A stretch of 64,000 bases of DNA, taken from NCBI GenBank assembly GCA_963662795.1, contig OY759746.1, forward strand, positions 224,001 through 288,000, given 5' to 3'. Positions 53,702 to 62,737 of the stretch are shown here, in pieces. The stretch's first letter is position 1; each line of letters opens with the position of its first letter. A program made the position numbers and the translations under genes. The stretch is from Spirochaetia bacterium. Lineage in GTDB: Bacteria; Spirochaetota; Spirochaetia; CADAEX01. The notes below the pieces were generated by a model. It saw only the letters and a list, made by a program, of their open reading frames with translations, was not told the DNA's origin and made no database searches.

Positions 53702-54289
53702 TCACTTTTCGCTGCCGTAGAATTTATGTTTCAGCATAATCAGATAATCGGCAAGTGATGCCAGCGCTGATACAGCGGACAGGATAAAAAACACTTTTGC
53801 CGCGAGAAGGGCGCTGCCTGAATATCCGGTAAAAAACCCTGTTCTTAAGATGGAGACATAAAGCAGTCCTGATATTCCTGAAAAAGCATAACTCCAGGCC
53901 TTAAGCTTTCCGCCTGCCCTGGCTCCCATAACGAACCCCTTTTTAACAGCAAGCATTCTTATAAAAAGGATACCGAGTTCCCTGTACATAATTATCGCAA
54001 AAACAAGAACCGGCATAAAACCGCTTACCGCAAAACAGAGGAAATAGGTCAGGCGGCTGACAACATCTGCAAAAGGATCAAAAACCTTGCCGAGATCGCT
54101 CACCTGGTTCGCGGCCCTTGCTGCCATTCCGTCAAAAAGATCAGAGAGTTCCATGAGGATGAATAAAGACCAGCAGATGACAACGGATGAAAATCCGAAC
54201 CTTCCTGTCCATACAGGAGTAAAATAAACAATCAGAAAAACGGGAGACATTACGATCCTGCTCCCGGTAAGGATATTTGCCAGATTCAT
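53702..54289 (-). CDS. pgsA: CDP-diacylglycerol-glycerol-3-phosphate 3-phosphatidyltransferase
   Basis: MNLANILTGSRI, SDLFDGMAAR..VSDLGKVFDPFAD, GKLK. Confidence 0.88.
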   Translation of the reverse strand: MNLANILTGSRIVMSPVFLIVYFTPVWTGRFGFSSVVICWSLFILMELSDLFDGMAARAANQVSDLGKVFDPFADVVSRLTYFLCFAVSGFMPVLVFAIIMYRELGILFIRMLAVKKGFVMGARAGGKLKAWSYAFSGISGLLYVSILRTGFFTGYSGSALLAAKVFFILSAVSALASLADYLIMLKHKFYGSEK

Positions 54290-54325
54290 GGTAAAAAATC
54301 TAAAACGTTACCACTTTAATGTCAA
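54287..54325 (-). promoter_or_regulatory. Promoter predicting a leaderless pgsA mRNA (TTGACA-17-TAGATT-7-ATG)
   Basis: -35 at 54320-54325, -10 at 54297-54302, ATG at 54289, no SD. Confidence 0.6.
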
Positions 54326-54350
54326 GACAGCCGGAATGATGCAAGACGGG

Positions 54351-55862
54351 TTAAAACCCGTAAACATCTGAATACTTCCTGTCCAGATAATCAAGAAAAT
54401 ATCCCGGATCAGCTGATTCACCTGTAACCCTCTGAATAAGCTCATCAGGTGTATATAAACTTCCATACTTATGGATATTTTTGCGGAGCCAGGCGAGAAT
54501 CACACCGAAATTACCCTGTGAAGCAAGAAAATCAAGTGATCCGGTCTCTTTTTCCATTGTGGAAACAAACTGGGCCCCGTAAAGATTCCCAAGCAGATAT
54601 GTCGGAAAATAGCCTATGGCTCCGAAAGACCAGTGGACATCCTGAAGCACCCCTTCCGCATCGGAAGAAGGTTTCACCTTTAATAGTTTTCCGCTCATGC
54701 TGTTCCACGCTTCAGGCAGGTCGGAGACTGAGATTCCCCCTTCAATTAATGCTTTTTCAAGCCTGTAGCGCATGATTATATGAAGATTATAGGTTACTTC
54801 ATCTGCATTTATCCTGATAAGGGAAGGCTCAACCCTGTTTACCCCCCTGAAGAAATCATCAGCCTTTCTTCCCCTGCCTGCTTCAGGAAAATACCCGGTA
54901 AAATGAGGCCAGATAAATTCAGCGAATCCGGCGCTCCGGCCGACTACATTCTCCCACAGCCTGGACTGTGATTCATGTATTCCCAGCGATGTACCTTCGG
55001 CAAGACAGGTATCCTTTATATCATCAGCGAAACCCTGTTCATAAAGAGCGTGGCCGCATTCGTGAATAATGCTGTAAAGACCGGAAAGAAAGTAATCTTC
55101 CCTGTATCTGGTTGTTATCCGCACATCGGAGAAACCGAGTGTTGTTGTAAAGGGATGGGCAGATACATCCATCCGCCCCCTCTTCGATTCATATCCCAGC
55201 CAGTCAAGGACTTTTCTGCCCAGTTTATCCTGTCCATCCGGGCTGAAACTGCCTTGAAAAAGGGAATCATCTATCTGATTGGCCGAAAGGATTTTTTCAA
55301 GCAGATTTCCAATCCGTTTTTCAACAGTATTGAAAATGCTCTCGAGGGCAGATGAGGTTATCCCTTTTTCATACTCATCAAGCAGTGCATCATAGGGAGT
55401 CTTCTCATACCCCAGGCACTCTGCCTTCTCTTTGACCAGATGAAGCATTTTTGAAAACTCTCCCGAAAAAAGAGGATAGTTGTTTTCTGTCCTGGCTTTT
55501 GCCCAGATGTGCTGGGTAACGCTTGCCTGTCTTGAAAGCTCAGAAACAAGGGATGAAGGCATCAAAGCCTGCTTTCTGTATCCGTCAAAAAACTTCCTCA
55601 CAAACGCCCTGTCCGCTGCTGCGGCACTCTCGAATTCAATATCCTCAAAGCGCTCTGCTCCTGAAAAAACGGATTTTACGCTTTCGGAAGTTATTCTTTC
55701 GTGAACAAGACTGCTTAAAAGAGAAAGTTGCCTGCTCCTTTCTTCAAGCGCTCCGGAAGGCATATACGTCTCCTGGTCCCAGCCGAGGGCGGCCGCGGTA
55801 TGCGACAAAAGAAGTACTTCGCTGTCAACCTTTTTAAGCAGCTTGATATCACTTTTTTTCAT
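54351..55862 (-). CDS. Carboxypeptidase M32 (Taq-type)
   Basis: WDQETYMP, HPFT, DVRITTRY, HECGH, HESQS, IRINADE, QDVHW, GYFPTY. Confidence 0.95.
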   Translation of the reverse strand: MKKSDIKLLKKVDSEVLLLSHTAAALGWDQETYMPSGALEERSRQLSLLSSLVHERITSESVKSVFSGAERFEDIEFESAAAADRAFVRKFFDGYRKQALMPSSLVSELSRQASVTQHIWAKARTENNYPLFSGEFSKMLHLVKEKAECLGYEKTPYDALLDEYEKGITSSALESIFNTVEKRIGNLLEKILSANQIDDSLFQGSFSPDGQDKLGRKVLDWLGYESKRGRMDVSAHPFTTTLGFSDVRITTRYREDYFLSGLYSIIHECGHALYEQGFADDIKDTCLAEGTSLGIHESQSRLWENVVGRSAGFAEFIWPHFTGYFPEAGRGRKADDFFRGVNRVEPSLIRINADEVTYNLHIIMRYRLEKALIEGGISVSDLPEAWNSMSGKLLKVKPSSDAEGVLQDVHWSFGAIGYFPTYLLGNLYGAQFVSTMEKETGSLDFLASQGNFGVILAWLRKNIHKYGSLYTPDELIQRVTGESADPGYFLDYLDRKYSDVYGF

Positions 55863-55866
55863 AATT

Positions 55867-57609
55867 CTATATCAGTTCCTTCGCCGCTATTTTGTTCCCG
55901 ATAAATGATACAGCCTCATCAAGGGGCAGCCCGTTCATCTGCTCTCCCGTCCTTAACCTTATCGAAACAGCGTTATTCTCAGCCTCTTTTTCTCCGCAGA
56001 TAATCATGTACGGAACTTTATCATTCTGGGCGTTTCGTATTTTAGCGTTCATCCTCTGGTCACTCAGGTCGGATTCAACCCTTATCATTTTAGCTTTCAG
56101 CGCTTTTTCAACCTTTTTGGCATAATCATCAAAGGCTGGAGCGACAGGTATTGTAACTGCCTGTACAGGGGACAGCCATACTGGAAAAGCGCCTGCATAG
56201 TTCTCTATAAGAACGCCGAAAAACCTTTCAAGAGATCCTAAAAGCGCCCTGTGAACCATATAAGGCCTTTTTTCTTTGCCGTCAGCGTCTACATAAGTCA
56301 TGTTAAACCTGTCCGAAAGGTTGAAATCAAACTGGATTGTCGTCATCTGCCATTCGCGGCCTATCGCGTCCCTTATTTTAAGGTCAATCTTGGGCCCGTA
56401 GAAAGCTCCGCCGCCCTCATCCACTTCATACTCAAGTCCTTCGGCTATTACCGCTTTTTTAAGCGACTCGGTCGCCTTGTCCCATCTTTCCTGGTCCCCG
56501 ACGCTCTTCTCAGGCCTTGTTGATAGATAGGCTTTTATCTCTGTAAACCCGAAAGCTTTCCATATACTGAGTGAAAACCTCAGAACCTCAAGAATCTCAT
56601 CCTCTATTTGCTCAGGCGTGCAGAATATATGGGCATCATCCTGTGTAAAGCCCCGCACCCTCATGAGGCCGTGAAGTACGCCTGATTTTTCGTATCTGTA
56701 GACCGTTCCAAGCTCCGCCCATCTGCATGGCAGTTCCCTGTAGGACCTTTTTTTATTGTTGTAGATCAGGATGTGGAAAGGACAGTTCATCGGCTTGGAA
56801 TAATAGTCCGCGTTATCCATCTGCATCGGCGGATACATCCCGTCGCTGTAAAAATCAAGGTGCCCTGAAGTCTCCCAGAGCCAGGATTTACCGACATGGG
56901 GTGTAAACAGCATCTCATATCCGTTTTTGATATGCTCGCTTCTCCAGAAATCCTCTATTGCCATCCTTATACGGGCTCCCTTCGGGTGCCAGTAAACAAG
57001 TCCGGGACCTGCCTCTTCGTGCAGGGAAAAGAGGTCAAGCTCTTTGCCGAGTTTCCTGTGGTCGCGCTTTTCCATCTCCTCAAGGTGCTGGAGATGAAGG
57101 CGCAGATCCTTCGGGTTTGTCCAGGCGGTCGCGTAGATCCTCTGAAGCATGGGCCTTTTTTCATCACCTCTCCAGTAAGCTCCTGCTACAGACAGGAGCT
57201 TGAACGACTGGGGATTGAGCTTTGATGTGTTTTCCACATGAGGGCCTCGGCAGAGATCTGTAAATATTCCCTGGGTATATGTTGATATCTCCACATCTTC
57301 GGGAAGGTCTTTGATAAGTTCGATTTTATAGTCCTGCCCTTCAAACATCTTAAGTGCTTCTTCCCTGGTAACAACTTTCTTAACAAAATCAGACTTTCCC
57401 GCAATAATTTTCTTCATCCGCTCTTCAATCTCTTCAAGATCTTCCGGTTTGAGCGGCCTGGGCAGGTCAAAATCATAGTAAAAACCGTTTTCTATAGCAG
57501 GGCCGATAGCTATTTTAGCTTCCGGAAACATCTGCAGAACAGCTTCCGCCATTACATGAGACATCGAGTGCCTGATTCTTTCAATCTGTTCAACTTTTTC
57601 TTCAGCCAT
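55867..57609 (-). CDS. thrS: Threonine--tRNA ligase (lacks N-terminal TGS/N1 domain)
   Basis: RHSMSH, DLCRGPH, RDHRKLG, KPMNCPFH, RVRGFTQDDAH, GAFYGPKID, HRALLGSLERF. Confidence 0.98.
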   Translation of the reverse strand: MAEEKVEQIERIRHSMSHVMAEAVLQMFPEAKIAIGPAIENGFYYDFDLPRPLKPEDLEEIEERMKKIIAGKSDFVKKVVTREEALKMFEGQDYKIELIKDLPEDVEISTYTQGIFTDLCRGPHVENTSKLNPQSFKLLSVAGAYWRGDEKRPMLQRIYATAWTNPKDLRLHLQHLEEMEKRDHRKLGKELDLFSLHEEAGPGLVYWHPKGARIRMAIEDFWRSEHIKNGYEMLFTPHVGKSWLWETSGHLDFYSDGMYPPMQMDNADYYSKPMNCPFHILIYNNKKRSYRELPCRWAELGTVYRYEKSGVLHGLMRVRGFTQDDAHIFCTPEQIEDEILEVLRFSLSIWKAFGFTEIKAYLSTRPEKSVGDQERWDKATESLKKAVIAEGLEYEVDEGGGAFYGPKIDLKIRDAIGREWQMTTIQFDFNLSDRFNMTYVDADGKEKRPYMVHRALLGSLERFFGVLIENYAGAFPVWLSPVQAVTIPVAPAFDDYAKKVEKALKAKMIRVESDLSDQRMNAKIRNAQNDKVPYMIICGEKEAENNAVSIRLRTGEQMNGLPLDEAVSFIGNKIAAKELI

Positions 57610-57687
57610 TTATTTCCTCCATATAGTCTGACCTTTTCATAGTGAGGATGATTGAGTATTTTAAGGCTGTTGTCCCCGTCCACGGGG

Positions 57688-57803
57688 GTATTTACATCCA
57701 TGTAACTCAGCCTTCCGGCGTCCATGCCTCGGCTGAGTATTTACATCCCTGTAACTCAGCCTTCCGGCGTCCATGCCTCGGCTGAGTATTTACATCCCTG
57801 TAA
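57688..57803. repeat. 49-bp tandem repeat (2.4 copies) of nested hairpins in the thrS 5' leader
   Basis: Unit GTATTTACATCC(A/C)TGTAACTCAGCCTTCCGGCGTCCATGCCTCGGCTGA at 57688, 57737 and partially at 57786. Confidence 0.93.
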
Positions 57804-58160
57804 ATAAAAAAAGCCTTGCATGCCAATCATCCAAACACAACTGCATTAAGCCAAAGCTTAAACAATTGTAAGGACGATAAACATCAAGACTTTGAATGTT
57901 TCCGCGGTTCCACCTTACTTCAGCATCAAATGCTGCGCTCGAGGTGCCTTTTTAACGGGGGCAAAACCGGCCAAATCTACTCAGCTTTCATTTTAAACCA
58001 TCAGGTTAGGTAAAAAGCTTTTCGGATGGCAGCTCGGGAGTGGTTTTCATCTGCACTTGTGCCGGAAATCTTCCAGCCAGCCGTATTTCATTAAGTCTTA
58101 CGGATCGGATTCCCTCTCTCTTGACACAGCGGCGCAGTTACTTTTCTCCGTCAATGCTGT
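57804..58160 (-). ncRNA. T-box riboswitch (Thr, specifier ACC) upstream of thrS
   Basis: Stem I GA motif/AGAGA box/GGCTGGAA; specifier GAAA-ACC-A (58042-58044); AGTA and CCGTTA stem II motifs; T-box AAGGTGGAACCGCG (57903-57916); antiterminator partner CGTCCTT; U7 tract at 57806-57812. Confidence 0.9.
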
Positions 58161-58167
58161 TAGGTAA

Positions 58168-58196
58168 AAAATATTACTGTTGAAATTAAAAGTCAA
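58168..58196 (-). promoter_or_regulatory. thrS promoter (TTGACT-17-TATTTT)
   Basis: Sigma70-like spacing directly upstream of T-box stem I. Confidence 0.55.
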
Positions 58197-58267
58197 GAGT
58201 CACCATTAAAAATTGCAATTCTTATTTTTAATTATTTTAACTTCTATATTTAAATACAAATAAATAA

Positions 58268-59254
58268 TTAAAATTCTAAAATTGTTTCATCAATAATTTT
58301 TTCTGTTATATTCACCATTTCCTTTTTGCATACTTTTATAATTACATCTCTGTAATCAACATTCTTTTCCAAAGATTTTTTCTTGATTATTGGTAAAAAA
58401 CTGGAGTGAAGACCTGAATAACCACAAACAATTTCATCAGTTGAAAATCTATTTTTCTCCGAAAGCATTGGGAAAATTACTTCATCGTTTAATGCAGAAA
58501 GGATTTTATAATCAAAATTATTAGTATATCCATATCTTTTTAATAACAGAGTTAATATTTCTGTTGGAGCATTTCCAGAACTTCTACCCAGACCTCCAAC
58601 ACTTGCATCAATTTCCTCAGCCCCGCATTGTACAGCTGTTATAGCATTTATTACTGCTAATTGCATGTTATTATGGGCATGAAAACCTATTGGTATATCT
58701 GTATTCATGTTTGCGTTTATAATATACTCTTTTACCATCTCCGGGATAAAACTTCCAGCAGAATCCATAAGTGTAATTAAATCAATTGGCCACTTAGACA
58801 TGTTTTCAATAATTATACAAAATTCTTTTAAATTAACTGCATATGATTTCATAAGACATACATTCACCCATAATCCTAGTGATTTTGCATATTGCACTGT
58901 TTCAATTATTTGTAAATATTCAGTAATATTTGTTCCAATGCGGATAAATTTCATGCCTTTTGAATATGCCTTTTTAATATCTTCATCTGTACCGTATTTT
59001 TTTAAAAAGAAGAAACCATATTTTGATTTATGTAATGTTTCTTTAGCAATACTCAAATATTGATCATCTGTAAGTGCTGCAGCTTTTTGTAAATTACGAC
59101 TTGCACCCAATCCAAAACCATGCCCCATATCTATCCATTCAATACCAGCTCTTTCTAAATCACTTAGTATTCTTCTTGTCTTAATTTCATCAAATTGAAA
59201 ATCAATAGCATTACTACCATCTCTGAGAGTGCAATCTATTAATTGAAGTCTCAT
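58268..59254 (-). CDS. 4-hydroxy-2-oxovalerate aldolase-like DRE-TIM metallolyase (DmpG/MhpE-like)
   Basis: DCTLRDGS, GHGFGLGAS, MDSAG, GFHAHNN, GGLGRSSGNAPTE, GYSGLHSSFL. Confidence 0.8.
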   Translation of the reverse strand: MRLQLIDCTLRDGSNAIDFQFDEIKTRRILSDLERAGIEWIDMGHGFGLGASRNLQKAAALTDDQYLSIAKETLHKSKYGFFFLKKYGTDEDIKKAYSKGMKFIRIGTNITEYLQIIETVQYAKSLGLWVNVCLMKSYAVNLKEFCIIIENMSKWPIDLITLMDSAGSFIPEMVKEYIINANMNTDIPIGFHAHNNMQLAVINAITAVQCGAEEIDASVGGLGRSSGNAPTEILTLLLKRYGYTNNFDYKILSALNDEVIFPMLSEKNRFSTDEIVCGYSGLHSSFLPIIKKKSLEKNVDYRDVIIKVCKKEMVNITEKIIDETILEF

Positions 59255-59353
59255 TTAACGCTCCTTCATAAAAATATTTTAAAAGCTTAACTGCTGATTT
59301 AAAATATTTACTCTTTATTCCCTTATAAAATAATCATTCCAACAACATACTAT

Positions 59354-60064
59354 CTATATCCCTAAAAACGCTTTTCTAACAATTTCAGATTTTAATAGTT
59401 CTTTACCACCTTCTTCTATTATTTTACCCGTCTGAAGCACATAAACCTTATCTGCAACTTCAATTGATTTTTTAACGTTCTGTTCAACTAGTAATATACT
59501 GATATTCATATTCGTTTTTAAAACTTCTATAGCTTTAAATAGATCTCTTACAAGTGTAGGCATTATACCTAAGCTTGGTTCATCTAACATTAGTAATTTC
59601 GGATTAGACATAAGTGCTCTTCCAACAGCTAACATCTGTTGCTCTCCACCACTTAATGTTCCAGATATTTGATTATATCTTTTTTTCAACACAGGAAACA
59701 TTTGAAATATTGTTTCTATCATATCTTTTCGAAATATTTTATTTTGTATTTTGTAAGCACCTAAGTTGAGATTTTGCTGTACAGTTAATCTTGTAAATAA
59801 ATGTTTTCCTTCCGGTACTAATGATAGACCAATTTCTAATCTTTCTTGCGGTTTTAATTCAACAATATTTTTATCTTTATACAATATTTCCCCTGTTGTT
59901 TCTTTCATCAGCCCAGAAATAGTTTTTAGAATCGTACTTTTACCTGCACCATTTGAACCGATAATTGAAACTATAGTACCTTGATCAATACTGAAATCAA
60001 TCCCGTTTATTACATTATTTCCCTCAAAATATCCTATTTTAAGATTCTTGACTTGAAAAAACAT
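59354..60064 (-). CDS. LIV-type ABC ATP-binding subunit (LivF-like)
   Basis: GSNGAGKST, LSGGEQQMLAVGRALM, DEPSLG, VEQN. Confidence 0.92.
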   Translation of the reverse strand: MFFQVKNLKIGYFEGNNVINGIDFSIDQGTIVSIIGSNGAGKSTILKTISGLMKETTGEILYKDKNIVELKPQERLEIGLSLVPEGKHLFTRLTVQQNLNLGAYKIQNKIFRKDMIETIFQMFPVLKKRYNQISGTLSGGEQQMLAVGRALMSNPKLLMLDEPSLGIMPTLVRDLFKAIEVLKTNMNISILLVEQNVKKSIEVADKVYVLQTGKIIEEGGKELLKSEIVRKAFLGI

Positions 60065-60778
60065 TTATTCTCCTCCAAGATAGCATTCAATAACGGATTG
60101 TTCTTTTGATATTATGGATGGCTTCCCTTCAGCTATTTTATTTCCAGCATTAATAACAACAACTTTATCAGATATTGGCATTACAATTTCCATAACATGT
60201 TCTACAATAATTAAACTAATTCCTATATCACGTATTTTATTGACCATTTCAATTGCTTGATTGGATTCTAATGGAGTTAGTCCAGACATTGCTTCATCCA
60301 ATAATAATAATTCAGGTTCAGTTGCTAATGCACGTGCGATACTTAATATTTTTTCATCAGCTAATGTAAGTTGATTCCCATAATAATCTTTTTTATCATA
60401 AAGATTTGTAAAATTTAAAACACTTTTCGCTTTATTAATTGCTTCATTTTTACTATTAGTTCTACAGAATGATCCTACCATAACATTTTCTAAAACTGTC
60501 ATTTTTCTAAATGTCTGAGGGATTTGAAAAGTTCGGGCAATTCCTTTTTTATTTATTATATAGGGTTCTTTATTTTGAATTTCATCTTCACCAAAATATA
60601 TTTTGCCAGAATTAATATTTAAAAAACCAGTTATACAATTAAAAATTGTAGTTTTACCAGCACCATTAGGACCTATAAGTCCAACAATTTCACCAGGATT
60701 AACATTAAATGAAACAGCATTAGTTGCTAATAAGCCTCCGAAATATTTGAAAATATTTTCAATCACAAGTTTTTTCAT
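60065..60778 (-). CDS. LIV-type ABC ATP-binding subunit (LivG-like)
   Basis: FGGL, GPNGAGKTT, GIARTFQ, VEH, YLG. Confidence 0.92.
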   Translation of the reverse strand: MKKLVIENIFKYFGGLLATNAVSFNVNPGEIVGLIGPNGAGKTTIFNCITGFLNINSGKIYFGEDEIQNKEPYIINKKGIARTFQIPQTFRKMTVLENVMVGSFCRTNSKNEAINKAKSVLNFTNLYDKKDYYGNQLTLADEKILSIARALATEPELLLLDEAMSGLTPLESNQAIEMVNKIRDIGISLIIVEHVMEIVMPISDKVVVINAGNKIAEGKPSIISKEQSVIECYLGGE

Positions 60779-61778
60779 TACATCTATCCTTACAAGATTT
60801 TGTTATTTTAGCTTTATATATACCAAGAATACCATTTGGCTGATAAAGAGCCATTATCATTATTATTAATGCATATATAATTAAATCTATTGCTCTTCCA
60901 GTTCCACCAACATAAACCCTAAATATTTCACTAATAGGTACTAAAATTAATGCTCCAATAAATGGACCCCATAAATATCCAACCCCACCAACAACTGCTA
61001 CTAATAATGCATATAAAGATGTTCTGAATTCAAAAAATGTCTCATGACTAAGATATAAAGTATATTGAGCCATAAACACACCTGGAATTGTTGCTATAAT
61101 TGCACTAATAATAATAGCGGTTGTTTTAATATTTCTTATATTAACACCGAGGCTTAAAGATGCATCTTTGCTTTCTTTCATTGCTTTTAAATAGTATCCA
61201 TATTTTGAATTCAATAAATATTTATTAAATATTATTATTGTGATAAAGAAAATAAAAATTATAAAATAATATGGATTTTTAGTTGTTACAAATTGAAACG
61301 CAATCCAACTATTAGTTTTTTCAAATGGAATAAAAAGACCAACAGATCCACCAACATATTTCCAATTCATTATAAGTGTACGAGTTATCTCTGCTAATGC
61401 TATAGTGGCTATTGCATAATAATGTCCAGCTAGTTTTGAAAATATTTTACCAAGCAAATATCCTAATATGCTATTAATTAAAATAGCTAATATTAAACCA
61501 ATCCAAGGATTTATCCCGTACTTAATATTAAATACTCCTACGACATAAGCACCCAATCCAAAAAAGACAGTTTGACCTAATGAAACTATTCCTGATGATC
61601 CAAGAATATTCCACGAAATACCAAGAATAGAATACATAAAGACCGTAATCATTAAATGAATCGGGAAAGTTGTTTTTATAAATAAAGGAAATAAAAGAAA
61701 GATGAAAAACCCACTAATAATTATTTTATTTTCTATTTTACTGAATGTGCTTAAAAGATTCAAATTAATACCTCCCAA
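60759..61778 (-). CDS. LIV-type ABC permease (LivM-like)
   Basis: SWNILG..VSLGQTVFFGLGAY, YYAIATIA, GGVG..WGPFIGA, PNGILG; start uncertain. Confidence 0.88.
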   Translation of the reverse strand: MGGINLNLLSTFSKIENKIIISGFFIFLLFPLFIKTTFPIHLMITVFMYSILGISWNILGSSGIVSLGQTVFFGLGAYVVGVFNIKYGINPWIGLILAILINSILGYLLGKIFSKLAGHYYAIATIALAEITRTLIMNWKYVGGSVGLFIPFEKTNSWIAFQFVTTKNPYYFIIFIFFITIIIFNKYLLNSKYGYYLKAMKESKDASLSLGVNIRNIKTTAIIISAIIATIPGVFMAQYTLYLSHETFFEFRTSLYALLVAVVGGVGYLWGPFIGALILVPISEIFRVYVGGTGRAIDLIIYALIIMIMALYQPNGILGIYKAKITKSCKDRCNEKTCD

Positions 61779-62625
61779 AAAAGCCTCTTGGTTTTATAAT
61801 TAGAACTATAATAAAAGTAATCATAACTGCTGTAAGTTTAAAACTTGGTTCAAAAAAATAAGCAGAAAAAACTTGTATAAATCCAACTAAAAAAGCTCCT
61901 AAAAAAGCTCCACTGATACTTCCAAATCCGCCCATTGCTACGGCAATAAATGAAAGTGTACCAAAACTTGAACCAACCGTAGGGTATGCATAGTATAAAC
62001 CACCTAACAAGGCCCCTGTTATACCTATACAAGATAAGCTTATTCCCCAAACCAACATATACATTTTATCAGGATCAATTCCCATCAAAGAAGCTGTTTC
62101 AGGATCTTCGGATACTGCTAAAATTGCCTGTCCAGTCTCAGTTTTTTTAATAAACCAAAACAGTGCTACTAGTATAAAAATTGAAACAATAATAATAATT
62201 ATATTGCCTACTTGTATTGATAAACCATCAATAATATCAATTCTATTTTTTACAATTGCTTTATTTACAGATCTAAAATTAGATGACCAAAAAAATTGTG
62301 CCAAACTCGATAATAGAAGAGATAATCCATATGTAGCAAATATTTGAGTTACCATCTCAGCTTTGAGTATTTTTTTTATTAAATAACGATGCGTTAATAC
62401 ACCAACAATAAATAAAATAATTGCTGCCAAAGGTATTGAATATAATGGATCCAAACCAGTAATCGAATATGTCCAGAATGCAATATACATTGACAACATT
62501 AATGCTTCACCGTGAGCAAAATTTACAATCTCAACTGTTCCAAATATTAGACTCAACCCTATTCCTAATACAGCAAATGTAAATCCAAGACTAATTGCAT
62601 TTATTAACATTTGTATAAAAGCCAT
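61765..62625 (-). CDS. LIV-type ABC permease (LivH-like)
   Basis: GLSLIFG...VNFAHGE, ASLMGID, GGFGSISGA, KPRGFFG. Confidence 0.92.
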   Translation of the reverse strand: MAFIQMLINAISLGFTFAVLGIGLSLIFGTVEIVNFAHGEALMLSMYIAFWTYSITGLDPLYSIPLAAIILFIVGVLTHRYLIKKILKAEMVTQIFATYGLSLLLSSLAQFFWSSNFRSVNKAIVKNRIDIIDGLSIQVGNIIIIIVSIFILVALFWFIKKTETGQAILAVSEDPETASLMGIDPDKMYMLVWGISLSCIGITGALLGGLYYAYPTVGSSFGTLSFIAVAMGGFGSISGAFLGAFLVGFIQVFSAYFFEPSFKLTAVMITFIIVLIIKPRGFFGRY

Positions 62626-62737
62626 TTATTATTCCCTTTTAATACGTCCTCCCATGCAAATATTTCAGAAAATATTACAGTGAAGGACAAATATTTTATT
62701 TTACACATTTTAAAAAAATATAAAATATTATTTTAAG

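Noticed and set aside
57688-57803. Mini-CRISPR array
   Set aside because: The intervening sequences are identical rather than unique spacers; only 2.4 units; no cas genes in the window
57672-57803. E. coli-type tRNA-Thr anticodon-mimic operator for ThrRS autoregulation
   Set aside because: Hairpin loops on the mRNA strand are NGGA, not NGU anticodon-like loops, and a T-box already explains Thr control
57816-58013. 65-aa plus-strand ORF
   Set aside because: Antisense to the T-box RNA
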